A model generated the notes under the pieces. It was not told the origin of the DNA. It searched no databases and saw only the letters and a list, made by a program, of their open reading frames with translations. Shown in pieces: positions 35,884 through 45,823 of a stretch of 64,000 nucleotides of DNA. The number at the start of each line of letters is the position of its first letter. The stretch's first letter is position 1. This stretch comes from Patescibacteria group bacterium (GTDB lineage Bacteria > Patescibacteriota > Patescibacteriia > UBA9934). The stretch covers positions 76,766 to 140,765 of the forward strand of contig JBAQTB010000003.1 in the NCBI GenBank assembly GCA_049296775.1, given 5' to 3'. The translations under genes were made by a program, and so were the position numbers.

Positions 35884-37755
35884 ATGGAAAAACATCCCCT
35901 GCACCTCAAGAATTCCGGACTCCAGACCTCTCCTGAGGTACAGCGGGCAGTACAGCGCCAAGAGCAGCGTACGGATGAGAAGATTCCTAATGATCCAAAG
36001 GAACGTATTGAGGCATATGTGGGTAGGCTTGAAAATGTATTCTTGAATCCTGACGAGCGCATCCGTGAACGTAACCTTGAGATGTTCCGGCCAAATATTT
36101 ACGCTGCTCTACTGACTAAGAAGGAAAACTTTCCCGAAAGCTATTTTGAGCTCCAACAACGTATTGCACGAGAACGTGGTCAGGCGGTTGAGGAAATACC
36201 TGATAACGTTCGTGAACAGATGAAAGATGTCGCGATTACGGACCAACGGCATTCTTTGGATGCCTGGATAGATTATCTGTCATCAAATGATGCCATGTAT
36301 CCACCTTGGTTCAAGTTATTTATTTGGCAAAACATTACCAAGCTCTCCCAGTTTGATAAAGAACGCGGTGAGTTCAAAAAACGCACAAAGAGCACCGTGG
36401 CACCTTTCCCGGATATTTACCGAGAACCACTAGCACGCATTGCTGACGTTTATGAGCAAGTTAAAAAGGATAATCAGAGTCTCAAGGACGAGGATGTTCG
36501 TGAGGTTTTCTCAAAGCAGTTTCCTGCACTTTATGCCGAGTTTATTCAGGAGTCACTAGCTGCTTCTCTTGAAAATCGAGAGAATACCTTAGGTCAATGG
36601 GTCAAGTATGAGCAGGGAGATGGTGAAGCGGCTGAGACCTTATTCACATCTCTGGAAGGCAAAGGTACGGGTTGGTGTACGGCTGGACGCTCAACGGCAG
36701 CAGCTCAGATAGAGAGTGGTGATTTTCACGTTTATTATACGAATGATGCTAGTGGTACTCCCGCTCAGCCACGCCTCGCTATCCGTATGGTTGGTACCGA
36801 CTATATTGGCGAAGTGCGCGGCACGCTTCCAAGTCAAGGGGTGGAGCCTGTAATGCAAGAAGTGCTTGATATTAAGCTCAACGAGTTCGGTCCTGAAGCT
36901 GATGCCTACCGCAAGAAGAGTCAAGACATGCGCAGGCTCACCGAACTCGATGAGAAGATGTTCATTCGCGACAATCAAGGTGATATTACTGAACGCCTCA
37001 ATCCCACACTTAAAAAACAAGACCTCCTTTTCCTCTACGAAATCAACGCTCCTATCAAGGGCTTCGGGTACGAGAAAGACCCTCGTGTTTTCGAGCTACG
37101 CAATGAACGCAATCCTGATGAGGATATGCCTATCATTTTTGATTGTCCAAAGGAGCAAATTGCGAGGAACGTGGCAGAAATAGATGAATACACTTGGGCT
37201 TATGTGGGTCCACTTGAAGCCGGTATTTTTGATAAACTCCCCGAGCACATTGAACATATCTATACCTCTTTCCCTGAAGGTAAAATCCGTCGCGAGCACA
37301 TAGAGATTGGAGATAAGACGAGTGAGGAACTAAGAGACCTGCTTACGGAGAGTGGTGTGAAAATCGGTGATTATGCTGATTTCATGATGAACAGTCCCGA
37401 GTTCATGAAACGCCAAGAGTCAGAAATTGTTGAGCTTATCAGGCTGAAAGTGCGTGACCTTGGTTTGTTTAGTCGTCCAACCACAGATCAGATTTATGCC
37501 CGTATCGGAGAGTTGGGTCTTGAGCTCTGTCCTGCTGAGGTCGGCCCTCGCTACCGGTTAATCTATAAGGATCAGCCTGTCGGTGAGTATATAGCCGTTG
37601 GCATGAAACCAATCATCGGCCAGAACGGGTACCCGTTCGTTTTCAGCGTTGGACGCCGCGGTGATGGTTCGTGGCTGAACGACAGCTGGGCGAGGCCGGA
37701 CGAGCAGTGGAATCCCGACCACGAGTTCTTGTTCCGTCTGCGCAAAGAAATTTAG
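35884..37755 (+). CDS. Large hypothetical protein (623 aa), no recognised domain
   Basis: A long uninterrupted ORF. Confidence 0.4.
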   Translation: MEKHPLHLKNSGLQTSPEVQRAVQRQEQRTDEKIPNDPKERIEAYVGRLENVFLNPDERIRERNLEMFRPNIYAALLTKKENFPESYFELQQRIARERGQAVEEIPDNVREQMKDVAITDQRHSLDAWIDYLSSNDAMYPPWFKLFIWQNITKLSQFDKERGEFKKRTKSTVAPFPDIYREPLARIADVYEQVKKDNQSLKDEDVREVFSKQFPALYAEFIQESLAASLENRENTLGQWVKYEQGDGEAAETLFTSLEGKGTGWCTAGRSTAAAQIESGDFHVYYTNDASGTPAQPRLAIRMVGTDYIGEVRGTLPSQGVEPVMQEVLDIKLNEFGPEADAYRKKSQDMRRLTELDEKMFIRDNQGDITERLNPTLKKQDLLFLYEINAPIKGFGYEKDPRVFELRNERNPDEDMPIIFDCPKEQIARNVAEIDEYTWAYVGPLEAGIFDKLPEHIEHIYTSFPEGKIRREHIEIGDKTSEELRDLLTESGVKIGDYADFMMNSPEFMKRQESEIVELIRLKVRDLGLFSRPTTDQIYARIGELGLELCPAEVGPRYRLIYKDQPVGEYIAVGMKPIIGQNGYPFVFSVGRRGDGSWLNDSWARPDEQWNPDHEFLFRLRKEI

Positions 37756-37774
37756 ATTCGTTGTTAGTTTTTAT

Positions 37775-38281
37775 TTAGGCGATGTTTGTGATTTTGTAAG
37801 TGGTGTTGGCGTGAGGGGTGGTGAGGGTGATGGTGTCGTGTAGAGATTTGCCGATGAGTAAAGTGCCGAGCGGGGAGCTGTAAGAAATTCTACCGCGGGC
37901 GGGGTTGCTTTCTACTGAGCCCACGATTTCATAAGTGATAGTTTGTCCGTTGGTCTCAAGCATCACGGTGGAACCGATCCGGATTTTGCCGTCAGTCGGT
38001 CCGAGATCGATGGGGATAGCTTGGTTGAGGCGCTCTTGCAGGATCAAAATTCGGCTGTTTATCCGCCTTAAGTTTTGTTTGGCAAATTGGTAGGCAGCAT
38101 TTTCTGATAAGTCGCCCATTTGGGAGGTTCTAGCCACTTCTTCCGCGGCTGGCCCACGCTTAGATTTGACCAAATCAGTCAATTCTTCTCTCATTTTAGC
38201 GATTTTTGCTGGGGTTAAATGATTATCAACCACCTGATTTTGGAGGCGTTCGGTCTCAGATTTACGGGTTGGAAGGCGCAT
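37775..38281 (-). CDS. greA: Transcription elongation factor GreA
   Basis: ERLQNQVVDNHLTPAKIAKMREEL (coiled coil) ... SPLGTLLIGKSLHDTI (the FKBP-like C-terminus). Start placed at ATG 38281. Confidence 0.8.
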   Translation of the reverse strand: MRLPTRKSETERLQNQVVDNHLTPAKIAKMREELTDLVKSKRGPAAEEVARTSQMGDLSENAAYQFAKQNLRRINSRILILQERLNQAIPIDLGPTDGKIRIGSTVMLETNGQTITYEIVGSVESNPARGRISYSSPLGTLLIGKSLHDTITLTTPHANTTYKITNIA

Positions 38282-38406
38282 AGGTATAAGGTACTTTACT
38301 TTTTTTTGGAAATAGTGTATAGTATTCCTGCAAAACAGCACTACGTGGAGATGAAGAGTATTTCCCGCAGTAAGCGTTATTGCGGTTAATATTTATCGCT
38401 ATCGAT

Positions 38407-38613
38407 ATGATGACAGGTACAATCAAGCGTTTGACTGATAAGGGTTTTGGTTTCATCACCCCAGATGAGGCAGGCGCAAAGGATGTATTCTTCCACACTT
38501 CTGCACTCGTTGACGTTATGTTCGACGATCTTCGCGAAGGTGACAAGGTTTCTTTCGAAACCGAAGAGTCTGACAAGGGTCCTCGCGCTGTAAACGTACA
38601 GCGCATCGCCTAA
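38407..38613 (+). CDS. cspA: Cold-shock protein (CspA family)
   Basis: MTGTIKRLTDKGFGFITPDE... (RNP1 GFGFI) and VFFHTSAL (RNP2). Terminator at 38624..38656. Confidence 0.85.
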   Translation: MMTGTIKRLTDKGFGFITPDEAGAKDVFFHTSALVDVMFDDLREGDKVSFETEESDKGPRAVNVQRIA

Positions 38614-38681
38614 CTCAGGCACACCAAAAACACTCGGCCTCGGCCGGGTGTTTTTGTATTGCGAGAATCAAGAGTCTTAGC

Positions 38682-40496
38682 TTGTACTACAGCTGGATTT
38701 CGGTTATTGTGGCGCACGTGTCGAAACCATTGTTTGAGGTAAAAAATTTGCGGAAGAGTTACGGGAAACAGGTCGTGTTTGATGAGCTGTCTTTTGTGGT
38801 TTCAGAAGGGGAGAAGGTGGCGCTCGTGGGTAGGAACGGAGCGGGGAAGTCGACGTTGTTAAATATCTTGATGGGGTTAGAGGAGGCAGATGCGGGACAG
38901 GTTGCGCCGTTGCCCTGGACTAGGTTAGGCATGGTGGCGCAGCACGAACATTTGCCGAGTGATGTCACCACGGCGGAGTTTTTGGAAGTACGCGGCGGTA
39001 AGCAGCTCTGGGAGATCAGGAAACTGGCTGCTCGTTTTGGGCTGGGTAATGCTGAGCTGGCTAAGCCGCCGAGTGCTTTGTCTGGTGGTTACCAAATGCG
39101 CGTGAAGATCGTGGCGATGTTATTGCAAGATCCCAACTTACTTTTGCTAGACGAGCCGGTTAACTATCTAGATTTGTCGACCTTGATTCTGCTGGAAAGA
39201 TTTTTAGCAGATTACCCGGGGAGTTTTATCATGACCGCGCATGACCGGGAGTTTTTGCAGAATACTTGCACGCATACCTTTGAGATCGACCAAGGGGAAC
39301 TGACCGATTACAACGGGCCGGTTGAGGAATATTTTGCCTGGAAAGAAGATCAGCTGCAATTTAAGTTGCGAACAAACAAACGCTTAGCTAAGGAGATGGC
39401 GCATCACCAGAAGTTTGTGGACCGGTTTAGGTTCAAGGCCAGTCAAGCCACGCGGGCACAGAGCAAGATTAAACATATCGCTAAATTGCGTACGCAAGTT
39501 TCCAGTCTGAAGGCGGATTTGTCGACGGCGAAAATTGTGATTCCTACGCCACACTTTATTGATGGTACGGCGGTGAGGGTGGACAGGCTGACGATTGGTT
39601 ATCCGGATAAGGTCATCGCTTCCGAGATTTCTTTAGAATTTAGACGTGGCGTTAAGGTGGTCATTGCGGGTGAGAACGGCAGAGGAAAATCGACTTTGTT
39701 AAAAACCTTAGCTGGAAAATTAGCACCGTTGTCCGGCACGGTGAAATGGTGGCACAACGCGAGTATTGGGTATTACGATCAAAAAACTGATGCCAACCTA
39801 GAGCCAGGGGAAACTGTGCTCGGTTATTTGACGCGCATGGCGCCGGTGTTAACCCCGGGTGAGCGAATTTTAATGATGGCCGGTAACTTCCTGTTTAGAA
39901 ACGATGATTTAGAAAAAACTACCAGCGTTTTGTCTGGTGGTGAGCGGGCAAGGTTGTGCTTGGCAGGCATCTTACTGGGTAATCACAATGTCTTGTTGTT
40001 AGACGAACCGACTAACCATTTGGATGTGGAAACGGCCGAGGCTTTAGCGCTGGCACTGAAAGAGTACGGGGGAACGGTGATTTTTGTGTCCCATGCCCGT
40101 ACGTTTGTGAATGCTTTGGCGGAAGATATTTATGAAATCAGAAACGGTAACCTCCGGCATTACATTGGCACTTACGAGGAGTACGTCAATGATTTGGCGC
40201 ATGACATTGAGCCGGATGACGTTGAGGGTGATGAGGCGGATAAGGCTGAACACGCCAAACTTAGAGCCGAGCAACGTTTGCAGTTAAAAGAGAAACAGCG
40301 TTTGCAAGTCAAGTTGAATGCCGAGATTGCTCAGTTAGATAAAGACAAGAGTGCGATTTTGGCATACTTTTTTGAGAATCCTACAGATTACGCCACGGAG
40401 AAGTCGCGTCGGTTAATCGAGATCGATGAAGAGCTCTTGAAAATTGAGAAGAAATGGCTTAAGCTACAGGAAGATATCGACGTACTCAGAAGTTAA
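38682..40496 (+). CDS. ABC-F family ATPase, second paralog
   Basis: GRNGAGKST and GENGRGKST Walker A motifs, with LSGG signatures. Confidence 0.8.
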   Translation: MYYSWISVIVAHVSKPLFEVKNLRKSYGKQVVFDELSFVVSEGEKVALVGRNGAGKSTLLNILMGLEEADAGQVAPLPWTRLGMVAQHEHLPSDVTTAEFLEVRGGKQLWEIRKLAARFGLGNAELAKPPSALSGGYQMRVKIVAMLLQDPNLLLLDEPVNYLDLSTLILLERFLADYPGSFIMTAHDREFLQNTCTHTFEIDQGELTDYNGPVEEYFAWKEDQLQFKLRTNKRLAKEMAHHQKFVDRFRFKASQATRAQSKIKHIAKLRTQVSSLKADLSTAKIVIPTPHFIDGTAVRVDRLTIGYPDKVIASEISLEFRRGVKVVIAGENGRGKSTLLKTLAGKLAPLSGTVKWWHNASIGYYDQKTDANLEPGETVLGYLTRMAPVLTPGERILMMAGNFLFRNDDLEKTTSVLSGGERARLCLAGILLGNHNVLLLDEPTNHLDVETAEALALALKEYGGTVIFVSHARTFVNALAEDIYEIRNGNLRHYIGTYEEYVNDLAHDIEPDDVEGDEADKAEHAKLRAEQRLQLKEKQRLQVKLNAEIAQLDKDKSAILAYFFENPTDYATEKSRRLIEIDEELLKIEKKWLKLQEDIDVLRS

Positions 40497-40520
40497 TTAA
40501 CTGTCTACGTCTTCCGCCTT

Positions 40521-41207
40521 ATGTCTGTTTTTAAGAAGGTGCTGTTGGTAATTGTGGCCATGGCAATTTTGTTGGGCCTGGGACTCTTTGTCTTGGCGCT
40601 AAACGTTGGTTACTGGCCTAAGCTAGCTAAAGTAGTTGGGGTAGGGGGAGTTAAGGATTTGGGTGTGAGTTATGCGGATGAGGATTACATTAGTGCTAGG
40701 ACAAAATTAGATGCGGCTTTAGATTCACAGATTGTTAAAACGACTTTGTCCGATGCTGAGTTAACCGCACTCGTAAATGGTTGTACGGCTTCAGTATGTG
40801 TGGTGGATGAAGTCCAGGTCATGACAGATCCAGAAGGTACAGTGGAGCTTTCAGGCGCGATTAACCGGGACGATTTGGCAGATTTGATGGTGGAGCTCGG
40901 CGATACTGGTACCTTTGATCCTGAATTTGAGCAGATGATTAAATGGCTTCCAGCCCGACCGAGTGTGTATGTGCGGTTTGCAGCTGCTGGACATGATGAC
41001 ACAGTGACACTTGCACTCGAGTCCTTCAAATTGGCAGGGATTGAAGTACCAAAAGCTAGCTTAACTGATTTGAGCGCTGATTTATCTCAGCGGTTGACTG
41101 AATATTTAGCTGACTTAGACGGCACGCAAGTTAATCAGTTTAAGATCACTGAAGACGGTTTGTACTTAGAAGGTAATTTGGAGCAGTTTGATGAAGAGTC
41201 ACTCTAG
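40521..41207 (+). CDS. Membrane-anchored hypothetical protein
   Basis: A single N-terminal TM helix. Confidence 0.4.
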   Translation: MSVFKKVLLVIVAMAILLGLGLFVLALNVGYWPKLAKVVGVGGVKDLGVSYADEDYISARTKLDAALDSQIVKTTLSDAELTALVNGCTASVCVVDEVQVMTDPEGTVELSGAINRDDLADLMVELGDTGTFDPEFEQMIKWLPARPSVYVRFAAAGHDDTVTLALESFKLAGIEVPKASLTDLSADLSQRLTEYLADLDGTQVNQFKITEDGLYLEGNLEQFDEESL

Positions 41208-41268
41208 AGCTGCTGACCCTAAATAATGGTTTATACTTAGGGTAAGTTTTTAGTCACTCATATTTTAC

Positions 41269-42267
41269 ATGTCCGGTGGAAGTTTGTGGCAATCGACGAT
41301 CTTCAGGTTGATTTTTGGCTTAGGTTTGTTTGCGGTGATCGTGTTTATTTTGGCGGGGTCGTTTAAGTTTGATGAGGTTGTAGATACGGTGGCTGATTTT
41401 CCATTATCCTATTTAGCGATCTTGTTGACGGCATCTTTTTTGGTGAGCGTGCTGAAAGGAGCACGCTTTCATGTTTTGGTGAGGCACGCCGGGATTGAAA
41501 TTAATTTCAGGCATAGCTTACGTTTATTTTTGGCTAGTCAGGCCGCGACCCCTATCCCGGCCGGTGAAACTATTCGGGTTGGTTTGCTCAAACAGGAGAC
41601 GGGGGCGTCCTTGGGTAAGGCGGTGAGTCCAGTCTTGGGGCAGGCGGTGTATGAAATTGCGGCTGCGGCCGTGATTGTGTTTGCAGCTAGCGCTTATTAT
41701 CCTGAGCTGTTCGTGCCGTCCGTGATCGCGGTGATCGGTTTAGTCTTGATGGTGTGGATATTGTTGTACCGTAGAGCGTTTAATTTTGCCCTTAGACTCT
41801 TTGTAACAATACCGGGCGTTGGTCAGTATGCCGAGCGTATCAAATCAGCGCGAGAACATTTGCGACACAATTTCACGCTGTTGCAAGAGGGCGGTTTTGA
41901 TCGTCACGTGTTTGCGGCGATTATACTAGCGCTAGTAGCACAGCTGATGGGCGGGTTGCTGGTGCTGATTGCGACCACAGCTTTTGATTTACCTCTGAAC
42001 TTTTTTCAAGCGACTTTGGTCTATGCCTGCGGCGCGATCTTGCAAGGTTTATTCACTTTGATTCCAGCAGGACTCGGCGTGACAGAGGGTGGCATGAGCG
42101 GGGTTTTGCACGTCTTGGGGATTGAGCTGTCAGTGGCCTTGGCTGTGGTGATTATTATTCGTGTAGCGACCTTACTGTTCCCAGTGGTTTTAGGGGTGAT
42201 TTTGTTTATCATGTTTTACGCCAAGCAAACTTTTTTTGGTGCGTCTAAACGCCGGCACGCTGCTTGA
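41269..42267 (+). CDS. Polytopic membrane protein, LPG-synthase-TM / UPF0104 flippase-like
   Basis: About 8 TM helices. The family assignment rests on topology and weak similarity only. Confidence 0.35.
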   Translation: MSGGSLWQSTIFRLIFGLGLFAVIVFILAGSFKFDEVVDTVADFPLSYLAILLTASFLVSVLKGARFHVLVRHAGIEINFRHSLRLFLASQAATPIPAGETIRVGLLKQETGASLGKAVSPVLGQAVYEIAAAAVIVFAASAYYPELFVPSVIAVIGLVLMVWILLYRRAFNFALRLFVTIPGVGQYAERIKSAREHLRHNFTLLQEGGFDRHVFAAIILALVAQLMGGLLVLIATTAFDLPLNFFQATLVYACGAILQGLFTLIPAGLGVTEGGMSGVLHVLGIELSVALAVVIIIRVATLLFPVVLGVILFIMFYAKQTFFGASKRRHAA

Positions 42268-42317
42268 CCTGTGGGCTGTGATAATTTAAGCTTGTCAGTG
42301 GCCTAAAAATTGGAGGC

Positions 42318-42719
42318 TTGATGTTGTGTCTGGTTGTATATGCGGATTGTCAGTTATTGGACTTTTCGCATGTCCCGGGTTTAACCGGTGCTGATCGTGC
42401 CCTGGCTTTGACTGAGCTCTGGCAGTCACCAGCTAGGGTCTTCACACTTGGACCAGGGTGTTACGAGATCGAGGAGGTGAGTAACCCCGCTTACGGTTCA
42501 GGTGGAGAGCCTTGGTACGTACTTGTTGGCACTTACCGTGGCTTGCCGTGCAGCCAGTGGTGGCAACGTCGTAGCTACGAGGTCACATGTACATTGCGTG
42601 TTGAGATTAGAGATGACCCTCCAGCGACTCTTGAGCTCGTCAAGCCGAGTCCATGTGTGAGGCCAGGCGGCCTGCTGTTGAGCTTGGCTGAACTTATAAC
42701 ACAACAGCAGGCCGCGTAG
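42318..42719 (+). CDS. Hypothetical protein
   Basis: ORF only. A hairpin terminator overlaps the stop. Confidence 0.3.
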   Translation: MMLCLVVYADCQLLDFSHVPGLTGADRALALTELWQSPARVFTLGPGCYEIEEVSNPAYGSGGEPWYVLVGTYRGLPCSQWWQRRSYEVTCTLRVEIRDDPPATLELVKPSPCVRPGGLLLSLAELITQQQAA

Positions 42720-42769
42720 GGCCTGCTGTCTGACACTCGCGCGTTTAACCACGCGCGTTTTATTTTTGC

Positions 42770-44059
42770 TTAGAGGATGCGATAGATTGGGGTTTGATTG
42801 GCTTCTTCAATGATGCTCTTAACGAGTGGAATGACAACTTGCTCGGAGTAGACGGGATAGGTGTCTGAATTTTTGGTAATCGGGAAACTGAGGGCTGGAA
42901 TGAAGAGTGATTCGCTGACGTTATTTTGGTAAGTGTAGTAATTAATTAAGATTACTTCTGGCGTACCCAGTTCAATGTTGACCGTTTCAGTTACGCCTTC
43001 AGAAGCGTAGTCATACAGGCCACCTTGCGCAGCGTACTTGAGAATAGTCGCTGGATCACGCTCCAGTTCGTAGCTGGATTTGTCATACGCGCTCGCGATG
43101 TTGATAGACACATTGGTGACGGTTTGTGTGCGAATATTTACACTCACGTACAGGCCATAAGCTGAACCATCACTTGTGAAAGTCGGCTGACCTTCAATCA
43201 AGATCGGGTAGGTGACGTTCATGACTTCTGGGAGATAGCGCAAGTCTACGGGTTGGCTGAGGGCGTAGGCTAGGCCGCGCTGATCTACCACTGGATCGCC
43301 AAAGTCGGTGGTCGAAATGTTGTGAGAGTTTAAGAACTTGCCGGCAATGGAGATGAGCTGTTCTTCTGGGAGGAGTTCCGCGGCGCTGACGGGTGTATAC
43401 ACGCTGTCAGTGTAATTCCAGAAACCGGAGTTACCGTTAATTGAGATGCTGCTGTTGATGGGGTCGATGTAAATTGAATAACCGTTGTCATCTGTTTGGG
43501 TTAAGCTAAAGTTTTGTAATTCAAGTCCGCTAAAGCCGTTTAAATTGACCGGGCCAAAGGTGCCTCTGGCTAAATCCGCGCCCGCATTGCCCAAGTTCAA
43601 GCCGCCGCGTTTACGATACACGGCGTCAGACACTGAGCTTAGATCCAGGTCTGTTCCGGTGTACGTGTAGGTGTATTCAACGATATTGCCCGGGTAGGGT
43701 TCGCCAATGACAATGCTGGTGCCGGGCGCTATCAGTTTAGCGTCTTCTGACATGGTAGTTGTGCCCCCTCCGCCTAGGCCAGCCGGTTGTCTAGCAGAGA
43801 TACTGGAAGCGTCAGTGGTGTTACTGCTAGCGTACTCGGTTAGATTGCCAAAAGCCGTGGCTGGCAAGGTCTGAATTTCAGGTGTAGTGGTCATTGGAGT
43901 GGGGTAGAAACGTTGGGATAGCGCACCGCGGCTAGTGATCTCATAAGTGACGGGTACGGCCACCACTAAGGCGACCAGGCTACCCAGACCAGCGATGGCG
44001 AGTTTGCTGATGTGCTGTTTGTACATATGGAGTGTGGCTAGGTGAGGAATTAGCTGCAC
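42770..44059 (-). CDS. Secreted/anchored extracellular protein, hypothetical
   Basis: An N-terminal TM/signal anchor and a Thr/Ser/Asn-rich body. Confidence 0.45.
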   Translation of the reverse strand: MQLIPHLATLHMYKQHISKLAIAGLGSLVALVVAVPVTYEITSRGALSQRFYPTPMTTTPEIQTLPATAFGNLTEYASSNTTDASSISARQPAGLGGGGTTTMSEDAKLIAPGTSIVIGEPYPGNIVEYTYTYTGTDLDLSSVSDAVYRKRGGLNLGNAGADLARGTFGPVNLNGFSGLELQNFSLTQTDDNGYSIYIDPINSSISINGNSGFWNYTDSVYTPVSAAELLPEEQLISIAGKFLNSHNISTTDFGDPVVDQRGLAYALSQPVDLRYLPEVMNVTYPILIEGQPTFTSDGSAYGLYVSVNIRTQTVTNVSINIASAYDKSSYELERDPATILKYAAQGGLYDYASEGVTETVNIELGTPEVILINYYTYQNNVSESLFIPALSFPITKNSDTYPVYSEQVVIPLVKSIIEEANQTPIYRIL

Positions 44060-44170
44060 TATTTTAGTGGGCTTAGTCTGCTTAGTATACTAAATTCTAG
44101 CATCATGATGCGTTTAAACCACTTTTTGCATCTTGGCGATTGGCTAAAAAAGGAGTATGGTCTGGCGCGT

Positions 44171-45067
44171 ATGATCCCACTTAAAATTGAGCGCGTTAGC
44201 AAGACTTTTAAGTCACCCAAGCGTCCGGCGGTGCAGGCCTTGAAAGAGGTATCTTTGGAGCTAAAGCCTGGCAAAATTCATGGTTTATTAGGGCCAAACG
44301 GGGCGGGTAAGTCTACTTTAATCGGCATGATTAGCGGGATTTTGGTGCCGGACACGGGTAGCATTAAAGTCTTTGATTTAGATATCACTAAAGATACTCA
44401 GGCGGCCAAGAAATTGATGGGGGTGGTGCCTCAGGAGGTCACGTACGAAATGGCGTTTACGGTCAGAGAAGTGCTGTACTACTTTAGTGGCATGTACGGC
44501 GTGCCAGCGGCGGAACGTAACGGTAGGATTGATGCGGTTTTGGCCGATCTGGACCTGACGGACAAAGCGGATGAGCGGGCGAGGAATTTGTCCGGTGGCA
44601 TGAAGCGGAGGTTAATGATCGCCAAGGCAATTTTACACAAGCCTAAGTTTTTGATCTTAGATGAGCCTACGGCTGGAGTAGACGTGGCTTTGCGCCAACG
44701 CATTTGGCAGTTGGTGCGCCGTTTGAACGCAGAAGGTACAACAATTCTATTCACGACGCATTATTTGGAAGAGGCCGAGCAATTGTGTGATGAGATTACT
44801 TTGATCGATCATGGCCAGGTTATTCGGGAAGGTAATTTAAAAGAGTTGCAAACTGAGTTTGCCCAGAACACGATTCATTTTGAGTTGTTCGATACCAATG
44901 TGCCGCACTTGCCGCAGGCTACTCCCGTGGGTGTTGAGTTTGAGTATCCGCTGAAGGATCTGGAGTCAGACATGCACGCGATTACTTCACATTACGCGGG
45001 TAATCTAAAATCGATAAAAAGCGGGGCGGCGTCTCTAGAAACGATCTTCTTGGCATTAACCAAATAA
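44171..45067 (+). CDS. ABC transporter ATP-binding protein
   Basis: GPNGAGKST, LSGGMKRR and LILDEPTAGVD. Start placed at the internal ATG (MIPLKIERVSKTF). Confidence 0.8.
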   Translation: MIPLKIERVSKTFKSPKRPAVQALKEVSLELKPGKIHGLLGPNGAGKSTLIGMISGILVPDTGSIKVFDLDITKDTQAAKKLMGVVPQEVTYEMAFTVREVLYYFSGMYGVPAAERNGRIDAVLADLDLTDKADERARNLSGGMKRRLMIAKAILHKPKFLILDEPTAGVDVALRQRIWQLVRRLNAEGTTILFTTHYLEEAEQLCDEITLIDHGQVIREGNLKELQTEFAQNTIHFELFDTNVPHLPQATPVGVEFEYPLKDLESDMHAITSHYAGNLKSIKSGAASLETIFLALTK

Positions 45068-45068
45068 T

Positions 45069-45818
45069 ATGACTTACATGTGGGCCTTGTACGCGCGGGA
45101 AGTGAAGCGCTTTCGTAAGTTGTGGATGGATACGGTCTTCAGTCCGATTGTCTCGACGACTTTGTATTTAGCGGTGTTTGGGATTGTGGCTGGGGGGAGA
45201 GCCGTGGGGGAGATCGATTATTTGGTGTTTATTTATACCGGTCTGTTGGCCATGACCATGGTGAACAGTAGTTTTTCTAATCCAGCTTTTGCCTTAATTA
45301 TCGGCAAGAATACGGGGACAGTGGTGGATTTACAGTTGGTGCCCATTCAGCCCTGGGGGATTGGGATTGCGTATGCTTTGGCGGCTTTGACCAGAGCTTT
45401 GGTAACCGTAGCGATCGCGGTGGCGTTTACAGCTTGGTTTATTCCGAATTTAGGTTTGGTTCACCCTTTGCTTCTCATTGGCGCGATGTTGTTGACCGGT
45501 TTGCAGTTTGGCATGCTTGGAGTGGTGTTTGGCATGTGGGCCAAGGGTTTTGAATCCTTGACCTTCATGACCACGTTCATCATGCAGCCCATGATCTTTT
45601 TGGCCGGTGTATTTTACCCAATCGCTAGTCTGCCAGCACCTTGGGATAAAATTAGCGCTTTCAATCCGTTGCATCACAATATCAACTTGCTCCGGTACGC
45701 GGTGACTGATTATTCTGATGGCAATCCGCTCGTGTCTGCGGCGGTGGTTCTTGGGTTGTCTTCAGTTTTATTTGTAGCCATGCATTACTCCACCAAGCGC
45801 AAGATGAGCGCATTGTAA
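45069..45818 (+). CDS. ABC-2 type transporter permease
   Basis: 6 TM helices, immediately downstream of the ATPase. Confidence 0.7.
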   Translation: MTYMWALYAREVKRFRKLWMDTVFSPIVSTTLYLAVFGIVAGGRAVGEIDYLVFIYTGLLAMTMVNSSFSNPAFALIIGKNTGTVVDLQLVPIQPWGIGIAYALAALTRALVTVAIAVAFTAWFIPNLGLVHPLLLIGAMLLTGLQFGMLGVVFGMWAKGFESLTFMTTFIMQPMIFLAGVFYPIASLPAPWDKISAFNPLHHNINLLRYAVTDYSDGNPLVSAAVVLGLSSVLFVAMHYSTKRKMSAL

Positions 45819-45823
45819 GTACT

